A stretch of 64,000 bases of DNA from Candidatus Binatia bacterium (lineage in GTDB: Bacteria > Desulfobacterota > Binatia > Bin18): contig OY761159.2 of NCBI GenBank assembly GCA_963664395.2, forward strand, positions 544,001 through 608,000. Reading direction: 5' to 3'. A model generated the notes under the pieces. That model was not told where the DNA came from. It saw only the letters and a list, made by a program, of their open reading frames with translations, and did not search any database. A program made the position numbers and the translations under genes. Of this stretch, positions 38,082-48,204 are shown in pieces (the stretch's first letter is position 1; every line of letters begins with the position of its first letter).

Positions 38082-39389
38082 ATGAAAAAAGAAGCTATCT
38101 TTCCTGAGTCCCTTCCCTTGCCGCGCGTCGCCTACTCCCCTGCCGTTAAGGCTGGCCCGTTTGTCTTTATATCCGGACAATTGGCGTCGGATTTCAAAAC
38201 CGGCATCCCACCAGAGGCGACTATCAATCCGAACTTTCCCAATCATGGACTCAATATTGAACGACAAGCCAACTACATTGCCGACAATCTCCGCGTTACG
38301 CTTGAGGCTTCGGGCTCCTCTTTGGAACAATGTGTCTCATTGACGCTCTACCATACAGACGCACATGAGTTGCACGGCACTTCCCAGGTCTTGCAACAGA
38401 CTTTTGGCTCAATGGGCGTGCCGCCGCATACGTCCGTTATTTTAGATGAACTGCCTGTGCCGGACTGTACGCTTGAGGTTGACCTTGTCGGCTTTGTCTC
38501 GGAAACCGGTCAGCGCGAGATTATTCAGGCCGCATCCCTGCCTCAGCCTGTCATACAGGGGCTTAATGGCCAAGCCCTGTATCAGTACGGGGTCAAGGCT
38601 GGGGAATTTATCTTTACTACGGGCATGACGGCCACCGACTTTTCAGCAGGGGTTGCGCCCCAAGCCCAGGTCGATCCCAACTTCCCCTACTATGCCGAGA
38701 GCGCCCGCTTACAAACCGAATACATTCTTGAAGCACAGCAAGCAGTTCTTCAGGCTGCTGGTGCTTCGCTTGCGGATGTTGTCAAGGCAGAAGTCTATAT
38801 GACCGACATACGAGACTTTTACCGACTGGAACAGATATGGAAAAAATACTTTCCAACAGACCCGCCTGCCCGGACAACCGTCCCGGTTAGCGATCTTGGT
38901 GTTCCGGGGTTACGGATCGCCATCAACCTCATTGCGTATTCTCCGCAAGGTGGACCAGCAAAGCGGACTATCCGGACTGACGCTGCGCCACTACCGCTGG
39001 CCCACGAGCCACAGGCTGTCCAAGCCGGCCCCTTCCTCTTTTTCTCAGGTCAGATGGCCACCGACTACCGAACCGGAATTCCAGCAGAAGCGCGTATTGA
39101 TCCCAATTTCCCGTACTACGCTTCCGCCGCAGAAAAGGGAATCAATTATGTTGTGAAGAATATTGATGCTATCTGCGCGGCCGCCGGTACGTCGCGTGAC
39201 TATCTCCTGCGCAGGCGCGGATTTTATACCGACTTTGGCGAGTTTTTTACTTCGTTTGTGACGTGGGCGGAATCCTTTCCAAATGATCCACCGGCGAGTA
39301 CCACAGTACGTGTCCCCGGCCCCCTACTCGTTCCAGGCTGCAAGGTCGTGATTGATTTAATAGGAATGATTCCGGACGAGAGCGCATAA
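38082..39389 (+). CDS. RidA (YjgF/YER057c/UK114) family protein with three tandem domains
   Basis: Three repeats of V(K/Q)AG.F.F.(S/T)G..A(S/T)D...G......(N/D)PNFP and PPxxT(S/T)V; AAGGAG RBS. Confidence 0.9.
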   Translation: MKKEAIFPESLPLPRVAYSPAVKAGPFVFISGQLASDFKTGIPPEATINPNFPNHGLNIERQANYIADNLRVTLEASGSSLEQCVSLTLYHTDAHELHGTSQVLQQTFGSMGVPPHTSVILDELPVPDCTLEVDLVGFVSETGQREIIQAASLPQPVIQGLNGQALYQYGVKAGEFIFTTGMTATDFSAGVAPQAQVDPNFPYYAESARLQTEYILEAQQAVLQAAGASLADVVKAEVYMTDIRDFYRLEQIWKKYFPTDPPARTTVPVSDLGVPGLRIAINLIAYSPQGGPAKRTIRTDAAPLPLAHEPQAVQAGPFLFFSGQMATDYRTGIPAEARIDPNFPYYASAAEKGINYVVKNIDAICAAAGTSRDYLLRRRGFYTDFGEFFTSFVTWAESFPNDPPASTTVRVPGPLLVPGCKVVIDLIGMIPDESA

Positions 39390-39473
39390 ATCCGACACCT
39401 CAATTCTTCTCGCTTCAGGCAAACGGGTCTGGCAGAGTCTGCGTACAGAAACCCCCTCCTTTGGAGGGGATCT

Positions 39474-39974
39474 TCACTCCTTCGACGCCTTCTCCCCGTC
39501 ATACCACCACGGCCGGACTTTGAATTTCTCTCCACCCCAGCCTTCATGCAGCGGGACCATGAAGTCCGTACAAATAACTTTCTCCGTAAATTTCCACTCC
39601 CCTTTAACACGTAGCAGCCTGTCTTCGTAAAATCCGGCAACAACGACAGATTCGCCCTTCAGATCGCCAACCGCATCAAAATAGCTTTTTGAAAACGCCC
39701 GCTCACCGTCAAGGGTGATGACCTGGTTATGAATGAGATGCCGTAAGACCCCGAGACGATGGCGCATATAGCGTCCGTACCAGCGCTCGACGGCGACGCG
39801 CCCTTCTCGGCGTCGGCCCGGAGGGCTTACGATCAGGTCACACGAATCGTGAAACAGCGCCATCACGTCTTGAAATTCCCCCCGGTCCACGGCCCAACAA
39901 TAGCGATGGACCAAGTCGCGTATGTCTTCTTTTTCAACAAGCTCCCGCAACATACGGTCTGACTCTTGCCCCAT
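39474..39974 (-). CDS. SnoaL-like/NTF2 family protein
   Basis: IRDLVHRYCWAVD, RHLIHN, G.YEDRL....GEWKF. Confidence 0.85.
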   Translation of the reverse strand: MGQESDRMLRELVEKEDIRDLVHRYCWAVDRGEFQDVMALFHDSCDLIVSPPGRRREGRVAVERWYGRYMRHRLGVLRHLIHNQVITLDGERAFSKSYFDAVGDLKGESVVVAGFYEDRLLRVKGEWKFTEKVICTDFMVPLHEGWGGEKFKVRPWWYDGEKASKE

Positions 39975-40084
39975 GCGTCCCTCCTTATTGACCCCGTCCG
40001 TTTACATATCACGAGCGGAAAGGCCCATGTCCCTCCCGTTGGGCCTGGCGGAGTGAGAGAAGAATCCGGGCAAGCAGCAGCCCT

Positions 40085-40119
40085 GTGGGGTCGGGTGACG
40101 CTCGGCTCACCCGCCCTAC
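40085..40119. repeat. REP-like palindrome
   Basis: GTGGGGTCGGGTGACGCTCGGCTCACCCGCCCTAC. Confidence 0.55.
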
Positions 40120-40182
40120 GGGATGGGCCCACGACTGCCTGGCTTGACCGCGGCTTTTCACCCTCGTCCTTACGCCCCTGTG

Positions 40183-41415
40183 CTACACCGCCTTCACCGT
40201 CAGCTGGAGCGGATACTGGTGGAGCGAGATCGCGCCCTGCGGTGTAACCCGATTCATATCCCCAATGAAGAACCCAGACTGCATATCACGTGTGGTGGGA
40301 TTGGGTTCAATGACAATGAGCTGATTCTCTTGAAAAGGGACGTCAAGATCGACCGCCCAGCACGGGTCACCCGGAACAGAAGCATAGGGTGGGTTGATCA
40401 CCTGGGTATATCCATGGATCACAGGACACTGAACCGTATACCCTTCGTCCAGAATACGCTGAGACAGCGCAAACACATCCCTCGGCGTATTGCCGACCTT
40501 CACAACTTTTTGGACCTCCGAGTACAGTGTGACCGCTAATTCCTCTAATTTTTTGAGCTGAGGCGGGGGTTCTCCCAAAGCGACCGGACGGATGAGCTGC
40601 CCTGGGTAACCATAATACGTTCCCGTGGTCTCGGTCAGAATCAGATCTCCAGGCTGAATAGTTCGGGTAGACCCTCCCGCTACCCACCAGGAGTAGGGAA
40701 TAGAAGGCTTGGCCATTGAGGTGGAAGCAAGTGCGGCCCCATACAGCGAGCCACCCAACTTGAGATATGTTCCATGGAGCGTTGCGATGATCTCATAATC
40801 TTTCATGCCCGGCTCGACAGTATCAACGACAGCACTAAAGGCACGGTCGCACAGTTCCGCGCCCTTTTGATACCATTCGATTTCTTCTGGACTGGCGCAC
40901 AGCCGGATCTGATACATCAGGTCCTGAGCCTCTACAAAGGTTGCTTCAGGCAGGGCATCGTGCAAGAAGAGCCAGAGGTCGTGGGGCACACGGTCAGCAA
41001 TACCCACCGTTCCCGTTTCCAGCCCGCCCTCTTTAATCCGCTCCACTAGCACTTGGTGGTTCACTCCGGCTCCCCAGCGAACGTCCTGGATGTCCGACTG
41101 CGCAGCCGCCTGCGGCAGGAACGAATAGAGACTCGCAAACAAGGTCGGCTCCTGGTCTAACGGAAAGACAATGGCTCCATAGGCAATATCGATATAATTG
41201 CCGACATAGATGAGATTCGCGCTAAAGACATAACCGTTGCTGAACATGAGTAGGCAGTCGATGCTACGGTCAGCCATCGCAGTGCGGATTGCCTCATATC
41301 GACGCTGGTACTCCGCCGCCGAAAACCTGGGCCAATGACCCTGATTCTCGGCTCGAATCCGAGCATACAAAGCTTCGGCATTTTCAATACCAGGAGGCTG
41401 TAAAGTATGAGCCAT
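40183..41415 (-). CDS. M24 (Xaa-Pro peptidase/creatinase) family protein
   Basis: FS.AEYQRR, SPEEIEW, IHG, VIEPN pita-bread fold motifs. Confidence 0.85.
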   Translation of the reverse strand: MAHTLQPPGIENAEALYARIRAENQGHWPRFSAAEYQRRYEAIRTAMADRSIDCLLMFSNGYVFSANLIYVGNYIDIAYGAIVFPLDQEPTLFASLYSFLPQAAAQSDIQDVRWGAGVNHQVLVERIKEGGLETGTVGIADRVPHDLWLFLHDALPEATFVEAQDLMYQIRLCASPEEIEWYQKGAELCDRAFSAVVDTVEPGMKDYEIIATLHGTYLKLGGSLYGAALASTSMAKPSIPYSWWVAGGSTRTIQPGDLILTETTGTYYGYPGQLIRPVALGEPPPQLKKLEELAVTLYSEVQKVVKVGNTPRDVFALSQRILDEGYTVQCPVIHGYTQVINPPYASVPGDPCWAVDLDVPFQENQLIVIEPNPTTRDMQSGFFIGDMNRVTPQGAISLHQYPLQLTVKAV

Positions 41416-41430
41416 CGTACCTCTTTCGAT

Positions 41431-41460
41431 TTTCGCTCTTTCTCGCTCTTTCTCGCTCTT
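41431..41460. repeat. short tandem repeat (TCTCGCTCTT-like unit x3)
   Basis: TTTCGCTCTT TCTCGCTCTT TCTCGCTCTT. Confidence 0.7.
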
Positions 41461-41487
41461 GCCTACCCCCTCTTTATCATCCCGCTT

Positions 41488-42621
41488 TTAATCAAAATGA
41501 TAAATCCGGGCGGTATTCCCCCCGACAATTTTGGCCTTTTCCTCTTCGCTACAGTCCGCCAGGACGGTTTCCAGCACCTGGCGTGAGTGGGGAAAGGTGC
41601 ACTCCGGATGGGGGTAGTCCGAGCCCCACAAGATATTATCGACACCGATGAGATCGCGGTCTCTGATGCCGAGGGCGTCTTCCTGGAAACTGAGAAAGAC
41701 GTTGCGCCGGAAATAGTCGCTCGGCAGCATATCTTCCTTAAATTTCCGCCGGCCTCCAGTCGCTGGGCGTTGAACAAAATTATAGTCCATCCGTTCTATG
41801 AAATGCGGAGCCCACCCCAGTTCCTGTTCCACTGACCCAATCTGGAGTTTCGGATACCGCTCGAACACGCCACTAAAAATAATATGGGACAGCGACATGC
41901 GCACCCAGTAATCGACATTCGTCAAAAAGGCAGTGCTCACCGCTTCCAGATCGACCAATGGAGAGTTCGGAGCGGACCGGTTGGTCGCAATATGCAGGCT
42001 CAGCGGGAGGCCCAAATCCTGGGCCGTGGCCCATAGCGGCTCGTACTCGGGAGAATCATAGCTATGCCCCTCCAGCGGGTACACCGTGATGAGTGCGCCG
42101 GAGAGCCCCAACTTGGCGCAGCGCTCCAACTCCCTGACACTCTCTGATACATCGTCAACATTCAGCATAGCGATGCCCTTGGTCCGCTGCGGGAACGGCT
42201 GGCAGAACTCAGCGATCCAATCGTTATAGGCTCTACACAAGGCGGTCAGGAGCGCACTATCCGGGATGCTGTACAGAAACAGCCCCTGCGTCGGATAGAG
42301 TACGTCGGCATCAACGCCATCCAGGTCCAGGTCTTTGAGATGTTCCTCGGGGATATAGGCCCCAGGCCGGACGTTTTCCATTTTGTCACCAAACGTGAGC
42401 GAGTCGCGCTCCTCGGGCACAAAGCGCTTACCGGCCTGTGATCCTCCAGAGCCACCACTCAGCCCTTTCACACCGTCGCATACCCACCAATCGGTATCAT
42501 CTTCTTCACGCCGAACGACATGCGGAGCCCGATCTTTGAACTTTGCTTCTACTCGGCTGGTCCATAAATCCGGCGGCTCGAAAACATGACTATCCGATGA
42601 GATAATTTTGTAATCAGCCAT
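41488..42621 (-). CDS. amidohydrolase 2 family protein
   Basis: ISSDSHVFEP, AYNDWIAEFC, LSLHI, WGSDYPH. Confidence 0.93.
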   Translation of the reverse strand: MADYKIISSDSHVFEPPDLWTSRVEAKFKDRAPHVVRREEDDTDWWVCDGVKGLSGGSGGSQAGKRFVPEERDSLTFGDKMENVRPGAYIPEEHLKDLDLDGVDADVLYPTQGLFLYSIPDSALLTALCRAYNDWIAEFCQPFPQRTKGIAMLNVDDVSESVRELERCAKLGLSGALITVYPLEGHSYDSPEYEPLWATAQDLGLPLSLHIATNRSAPNSPLVDLEAVSTAFLTNVDYWVRMSLSHIIFSGVFERYPKLQIGSVEQELGWAPHFIERMDYNFVQRPATGGRRKFKEDMLPSDYFRRNVFLSFQEDALGIRDRDLIGVDNILWGSDYPHPECTFPHSRQVLETVLADCSEEEKAKIVGGNTARIYHFD

Positions 42622-42650
42622 ACTGCCACCTCCTTTAATAACAACACGTA

Positions 42651-43835
42651 CTAAATCACATTCAGTTCTTGCACAGGGCGTCCTTCGATTATTCGTTCAA
42701 ACCCGAGCGGCGTGATGTCCACCGTCTGGTATGCGCCGTGTACAATCAGCTCCGCAATCCCCCGCCCAACAGCGGGAGCCTGTTGGACCCCGTGGCCGGA
42801 AAAGCCATTGGCGAAAAGAAAGTTTTTCATAACGGGATGCCGGCCCACAATAGCGTTCTGGTCGAGCGTATTATAGGCATAATGCCCGCTCCAGGCCGAG
42901 ACGCGCTTGATCGCTTCAAAAATGGGAACGCGGTGCGCCAAGGCCGGCCAGACGATCTCATCGAACAGATGATAGTCAACACGAAAATCTTCGGTTGGAG
43001 GGTCCTGGTCTTCTGGCGGAGACACCCCACACACGAAATACTGGCCTTCGGGCCGAAAATAGACGCCGGAGACATCCACGACCAGGGGACAGGGTTGCAG
43101 CACCTCGGCCTGCCGGCAGTCGAACACAAATACACACCGTTTCCGACTCTCGACCGGCAGGTCGATAGCGGCCATACCAGCAATTTTACCGGCGGCCGGA
43201 CCAGCCGCATTGACAAGCTCGCCACACGGGAAGACCCGCCCGTCGTCGAGTTGCACGGCCTCCAGGCGCTGCCGCGAGCCGTGCAGCCCAACGACCTCGC
43301 CGGTGAGAAACTCGGCGCCCCGTTCTTCGGCCGTGCCGCGGAGCGCGTGCAGCAGGCTGTGGGCATCAAACCAACCCTCCCCGGAAAGCCCCAGGCAACC
43401 GGCAGCCAGGTCCGAGGTCGCGAGCCACGGGAAGCGCGCCTGCAACTCGGCTGGACCAAGAAGACAGACATCCGCGCCTTGCTGGGTTTGGACCCGCGCG
43501 TTGCGTTCGAGAATAGCTTTCCCTTGCTGACTCGCAAGCAACAGATAGCCCGATTCCCGGAAGCTAACCTCGACATCCGCCCCCAGGCGGTCTTTGACGG
43601 TCCGCAGGAACTCCACCCCAAACTGAGATAATTGGATATTCACCGGGGTCGAGAACTGCTGCCGAATCGAGGCTAAAGAGCGCGTCGTTGAACAGTCCTG
43701 ATAGGAAGGGTCTTTTTCGATGACGAGCACCCGGCCCTGAAAACCCTCGGCCGCGGTGAGAAAATAGGCAACGGCGCTGCCAATAATGGCTCCACCAATA
43801 ATGACGACATCGTACCCGGCACTCCGCTTAGCCAT
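42651..43835 (-). CDS. FAD-dependent oxidoreductase (DAO family, FOXRED1/sarcosine oxidase beta-like)
   Basis: IIGGAIIG, IRQQFS, VNAAG, NGFSGHG.QQ.PA.GR. Confidence 0.92.
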   Translation of the reverse strand: MAKRSAGYDVVIIGGAIIGSAVAYFLTAAEGFQGRVLVIEKDPSYQDCSTTRSLASIRQQFSTPVNIQLSQFGVEFLRTVKDRLGADVEVSFRESGYLLLASQQGKAILERNARVQTQQGADVCLLGPAELQARFPWLATSDLAAGCLGLSGEGWFDAHSLLHALRGTAEERGAEFLTGEVVGLHGSRQRLEAVQLDDGRVFPCGELVNAAGPAAGKIAGMAAIDLPVESRKRCVFVFDCRQAEVLQPCPLVVDVSGVYFRPEGQYFVCGVSPPEDQDPPTEDFRVDYHLFDEIVWPALAHRVPIFEAIKRVSAWSGHYAYNTLDQNAIVGRHPVMKNFLFANGFSGHGVQQAPAVGRGIAELIVHGAYQTVDITPLGFERIIEGRPVQELNVI

Positions 43836-43908
43836 AGCTCGCCCCAGGTTTATAGGATGTTCGCGCTGCGGTTCGACCGCGTGAGTTAGAACATGAGACA
43901 GGATTCGG

Positions 43909-44814
43909 CTACGTCGCTTCCATCTCGGCCTCGGCGGCAATTTTTTCCAAGATGGCAGCCATCTCGCCAGGCTCGGCCACAAACGACGGAAAGTCCAGGA
44001 TCAGCCGGTTTACGCCCAGGCGTTCCCAGCCCGGCAGGTCCGTGAGGACACCCTCGGCCGTACCGGCGATAATCACCGCGGTAATCTCTATGGTCGAGAA
44101 GTCGCGACCCGCCTCGTCACACATCTGCCTGAGCGTTTGCAGGTCCTTGGCCAGGTCGCCTTCGGTGCTATATACGTCGTCGGGATGCTCGGACACGACC
44201 TGCCAGCCGTCGGCCATGCTCACCACCCGGCGGAGGCTGGCTCGCCCGCGCCCGCCGATCGTAATCGGCGGATGCGGCTTTTGCAGCGGTTGAGGCCGAC
44301 ACTGGACATCCGAAAACCGGTGGTACTCGCCCTCAAAGCGCGGCTCCTCGGCCGTCCAGAGTTCCTTCCAGATTTGAATATGCTCGTCCGTGCGCGTCCA
44401 GCGTTTGGCAAAGGGCACCTCCAGGGCCTGGAACTCCTCTTCCAACCAGCCGCTGCCTACACCGACAATCAGCCGGCCATTTGACAACACATCCAACGAG
44501 GCCAGCATCTTGCCGGTCACCACCGGATGCCGGTACGGCGCCACGAGCACGGTAAACCCCAGCCGCACCCGGCGAGTGCAGGCCGCCACAAACGACAGCA
44601 CGGTAAACGGCTCCAGATGGGCGCCCTTGGGGTCGGCGATGTAACGACCCGATTTGCTATACGGGTACGGGGTATCGATCTTGGTCGGCATGATGACGTG
44701 GTCAGGTGCCCAGACCGACTCGAAGCCGCGCTCTTCGGCAAGCTGTGCCATGGCCAGCATATTCTCATGGGTCGCCATCGCGCCAAATGCGGGCAGCATA
44801 AAACCGATTTTCAT
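43909..44814 (-). CDS. LLM class, probable F420-dependent oxidoreductase
   Basis: VWAPDHVIMP...YPYS, GVGSGWLEEEF, PLQKPHPPI. Confidence 0.92.
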   Translation of the reverse strand: MKIGFMLPAFGAMATHENMLAMAQLAEERGFESVWAPDHVIMPTKIDTPYPYSKSGRYIADPKGAHLEPFTVLSFVAACTRRVRLGFTVLVAPYRHPVVTGKMLASLDVLSNGRLIVGVGSGWLEEEFQALEVPFAKRWTRTDEHIQIWKELWTAEEPRFEGEYHRFSDVQCRPQPLQKPHPPITIGGRGRASLRRVVSMADGWQVVSEHPDDVYSTEGDLAKDLQTLRQMCDEAGRDFSTIEITAVIIAGTAEGVLTDLPGWERLGVNRLILDFPSFVAEPGEMAAILEKIAAEAEMEAT

Positions 44815-44967
44815 GAAGTCTCCCTTACAATCCGCAATCTGCCCCTCTCCTATACCACTTCTCGCCAAGATGAAAACCCTGTTCCGGCGGCCGCTTGCTT
44901 CCAGCCGGGAGCCGTGATCTGGTCGGGATGCGGATGGTTATCCATACCCGCGAAGGAGGATACAGAT

Positions 44968-45261
44968 ATGAGCACAATGGTCTTGATCGAGTTGGCGGTA
45001 AAACCGGAATCGGTTGATGGCATGAAGACGCTGATGAAGGAGTTATTGCCCGACACGCGAGCCTACGACGGCTGCCAGAGTGTTGACTTTTATGACAACA
45101 CCGAGACCAAAGGCAGCATGGTCCTGTACGAATTATGGGACTCCCGCGCCCACCAGGAGCGCTACTTACAGTGGCGCTCGGAAACCGGCACCCTGGATCG
45201 CCTCGGAGCGCTAGTAGCCGCCCCGCCCAAGATTCAGTATTTCGATAAGGTGGACGCCTAG
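44968..45261 (+). CDS. antibiotic biosynthesis monooxygenase (ABM) family protein
   Basis: 97 aa; AAGGAGG RBS; LPDTRAYDGC, ELWDSR..QERYL.WR.ETG. Confidence 0.88.
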   Translation: MSTMVLIELAVKPESVDGMKTLMKELLPDTRAYDGCQSVDFYDNTETKGSMVLYELWDSRAHQERYLQWRSETGTLDRLGALVAAPPKIQYFDKVDA

Positions 45262-45346
45262 CCGCCCGTCGGCTCTGTGGACGATGCCCTCTCCACGAGG
45301 GCTCATGTCCGCCCTGCGGCCACATCTTTCATGTCCTGAGCACTGT

Positions 45347-46780
45347 TTATTTTGCCACGGCAACGCTGGCCGATTCATCCTGCTGGGGCTGAGAGGAGAC
45401 GGGCGCAGGAGCCGGTGCGGAGCGCCGGTATTGCGCGGCCGGATGCGGAGGGCTCAGCCGTGCATGTCCGGGCCCATAGAGCTTTTCGCGCAGGGTGCCG
45501 TCCTGATACTCGGTTTGCATCATTCCGCGTTTCTGGAGAACCGGCACGACCCCGTCAACAAAGTCTTCGAACGTTCCCGGCGTCACGGCGTAGGCGAGGT
45601 TGAACCCATCCACTCCAGCCTGGGTCCATCGCTGAAATTCGTCCACGATCTGTTCCGGCGTCCCGACCGCCACGGGACCACCTCCGCCGATACCGATAGA
45701 TTTGGCGAGATCACGTACGGTCCATTTGCGATTCGGGTCTGCCCGGGTGAACGAATTCCAGAGTGTCCGAACTGCATTTGTTTCGATGTATTCGAGCGGT
45801 TCATCCGGATCAAACTTTCCAAAGTCGTACCCAGCCCAGCCACTCAGTAATGCCATCGCACCGTCGTAGCTGATCTGTTCGAAGTAGTCGTCGTACTTCT
45901 TCTTGGCTTCCGCCTCAGTACCGCCGGTAATCACTTTGAGATAGGCAAAGAAAAGAATATCCTCCGGGTTGCGTCCGTTCTGCTCTGCCTGTTTCCGGGT
46001 CGTCTGGATGATCTGCCGCGCAATGTCAGGCGTCGGGGAAGCGATAAACACGCACTCGGCGTGTCGGGCGGCAAATGCCTGTCCACGGGAGGAGGAGCCG
46101 GCCTGGTATAACACCGGGGTGCGTTGCGGGGACGGTTCGGACAGATGGCAGCCGTCCACCTTGTAATACTTGCCCTCGTGGACAACATTCCACACCTTGT
46201 CTTGGATCGGCGTATATGCCGCGCTGGCGGTCTTTGACAACCGCGCCATCCTCCCAGCTCGATTCCCACAGCTTGTAGCACACCTCACAATACTCATCCG
46301 CCATATCATAGCGCTCGTCGTGCTCAGGCAAACCGGACCGACCGTAGCTACGCCCGGCACTTTCCAGATATGAGGTCACGATATTCCAGGCAACCCGGCC
46401 TTTGGTGAGATGGTCGAGCGTGGTGATGAGCCGGGCAAAGGTGAAGGGATGGTACTGGAGGATCGAACTGGTAAAGGCGAAACCCAGATGTTCGGTTGCC
46501 GCGGCCATAGCCGGGACCAGCAGCATGGGGTCGTTCACCGGTGTTTGCGCGGCCTGGGTCAGGGCCGCCTCTCGATTGCCCCGAAACACGTCGTACACGC
46601 CCACGACATCGGCCAGGAACAGGGCATCGAACTTGCCCCGTTCCAACACTTTTGACAGTTCAATCCAGGTATTAAGGTCGGTGTAGTTCTCCATGTTGTC
46701 TTCTGGCCGGACCCACAGACCAGGAGATTGGTGACCACACAGTTCATATGAAAGGCGTTGAAATAGATACGTTTTTTCAC
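45347..46780 (-). pseudogene. NtaA/DmoA/DszA-family FMN-dependent monooxygenase with two single-base frameshifts
   Basis: NAFHMNCV|HQSPGLW break near 46735 and IYADP|DKV break near 46200; LERGKFDALFLAD, SPQRTPVLYQAGSS. Confidence 0.85.
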
Positions 46781-46891
46781 TGTCTTCTCCTTGGTACTGA
46801 CCCATTCCTATAGAAAAGGGAATGGACCCTCAACCTCTGCCGCACCGGGCGGGATCGATATGATTGTCAGGGGACGCGCCGCTCAGCCGCC

Positions 46892-48154
46892 CTATTCCCA
46901 CATCGGAACCAGGGGTGGTTGAATCTGCTGCGGGTCGAGTTGGAGTTCATGCACACTCAACGAGGACAGACAAAAGTCGCTGGGGGGGTGCTGCATGGTC
47001 GCGGTCGCGCCGTCGCGAAACAGACGCTCCAGAGTCGAGGACTTGAAGATGGCGTGACCGCCGCCTATTTCGAGCGCCGAGCGGGTCGCGGCGGTGACGG
47101 CTTCGCCGACAATGTATTTTGCCTTGAAATAGGTGGCTAACACCTCTGCGGCCTGCCCTTCTCCTGTCGTACCAAACTGCTTTGGGCGGTCGGTATAACG
47201 CTGGCGTTCATAGGCTTCGTCGGCCAGCCAGGCAACATAGCGCAGCAGCCAGCGGGCGGCTTCCAGTTGGGCGCTCATCATGGCAACCCGACGCCGAATA
47301 TCCGGATGATAGGCCAACGGCTGTTGATAGCCTTTGGGTTGGCGCTGTTTCACATTGTCTTTGATTGCGTGTAAAGCCGCAAAGCCGACCCCGAGATACA
47401 CGGCGGTATACGGAATATTGAAACTCGGCTCATTCGTGGCCAGCCATTCGCCAACCTTGGGAATGGGTTCGCCCAGAACGGCAGCGTCCGGCACAAAGCA
47501 GTCTTCGAGAATCAGATTATCGCTACGGGTCGCGCGCATCCCCAGCGTGTCCCACACATGCTCGAAGCGCAGCCCGGGCGAGTCGGTTGGCACCATCATC
47601 ACAAGGGCCGTCTGGGGATTGGCGATTTCCTCGGGATGGGCAAACAGGCACAGATAGTCGGACGATTCGCCCATGGAGCAAAACGACTTCTTGCCGGAGA
47701 TCCGATAGCCCCCGGCGACCCGGCGAGCCTGGGTGGAACACGCAAACGACGTGGGTACAATGCTGGTTGTACTCGGCTCGGAGAGAATAGCCGCAATCAG
47801 CTTGCCCTGTTTGGCCGCCAACTCAGCCACCCATTTTTTTATTTCGTCCGGCAGGGCCGAGTGCATCAAAGACGCCAGGGTCGCGCCGTGCATATTGAAC
47901 GACAGCGCGGTCGAGGCACAGCCTTGGGCGATTTCCTCGGCGGCAATGGTATAGCCCAGCAGCCCGGCCTCCAGTCCGCCATATTCCTTGGGCACGACCA
48001 GGCCGTAGAAGCCCGCCTCCCGCAGCGCCGCATAGTTCTCCTTGGGCGGAGAACCCTCCCGGTCGTGCTCGGCCGCCCGGGTCGCAAAGTCGGCGGCGAG
48101 CTGACGGGCAACTGTCTGGATACGAATGTGGTCCGCGGTCAGTCCGAATTCCAT
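46892..48154 (-). CDS. acyl-CoA dehydrogenase family protein (possibly a flavin monooxygenase subtype)
   Basis: VPKEYGG, NMH, SGKKSFCS, WDTLGMRATRS, LERLFRD. Confidence 0.92.
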   Translation of the reverse strand: MEFGLTADHIRIQTVARQLAADFATRAAEHDREGSPPKENYAALREAGFYGLVVPKEYGGLEAGLLGYTIAAEEIAQGCASTALSFNMHGATLASLMHSALPDEIKKWVAELAAKQGKLIAAILSEPSTTSIVPTSFACSTQARRVAGGYRISGKKSFCSMGESSDYLCLFAHPEEIANPQTALVMMVPTDSPGLRFEHVWDTLGMRATRSDNLILEDCFVPDAAVLGEPIPKVGEWLATNEPSFNIPYTAVYLGVGFAALHAIKDNVKQRQPKGYQQPLAYHPDIRRRVAMMSAQLEAARWLLRYVAWLADEAYERQRYTDRPKQFGTTGEGQAAEVLATYFKAKYIVGEAVTAATRSALEIGGGHAIFKSSTLERLFRDGATATMQHPPSDFCLSSLSVHELQLDPQQIQPPLVPMWE

Positions 48155-48204
48155 ACGACCCTCCTTGGCCGTTGTCGTGTGGGCGAAGGCCGTTACCGGC
48201 GTGC

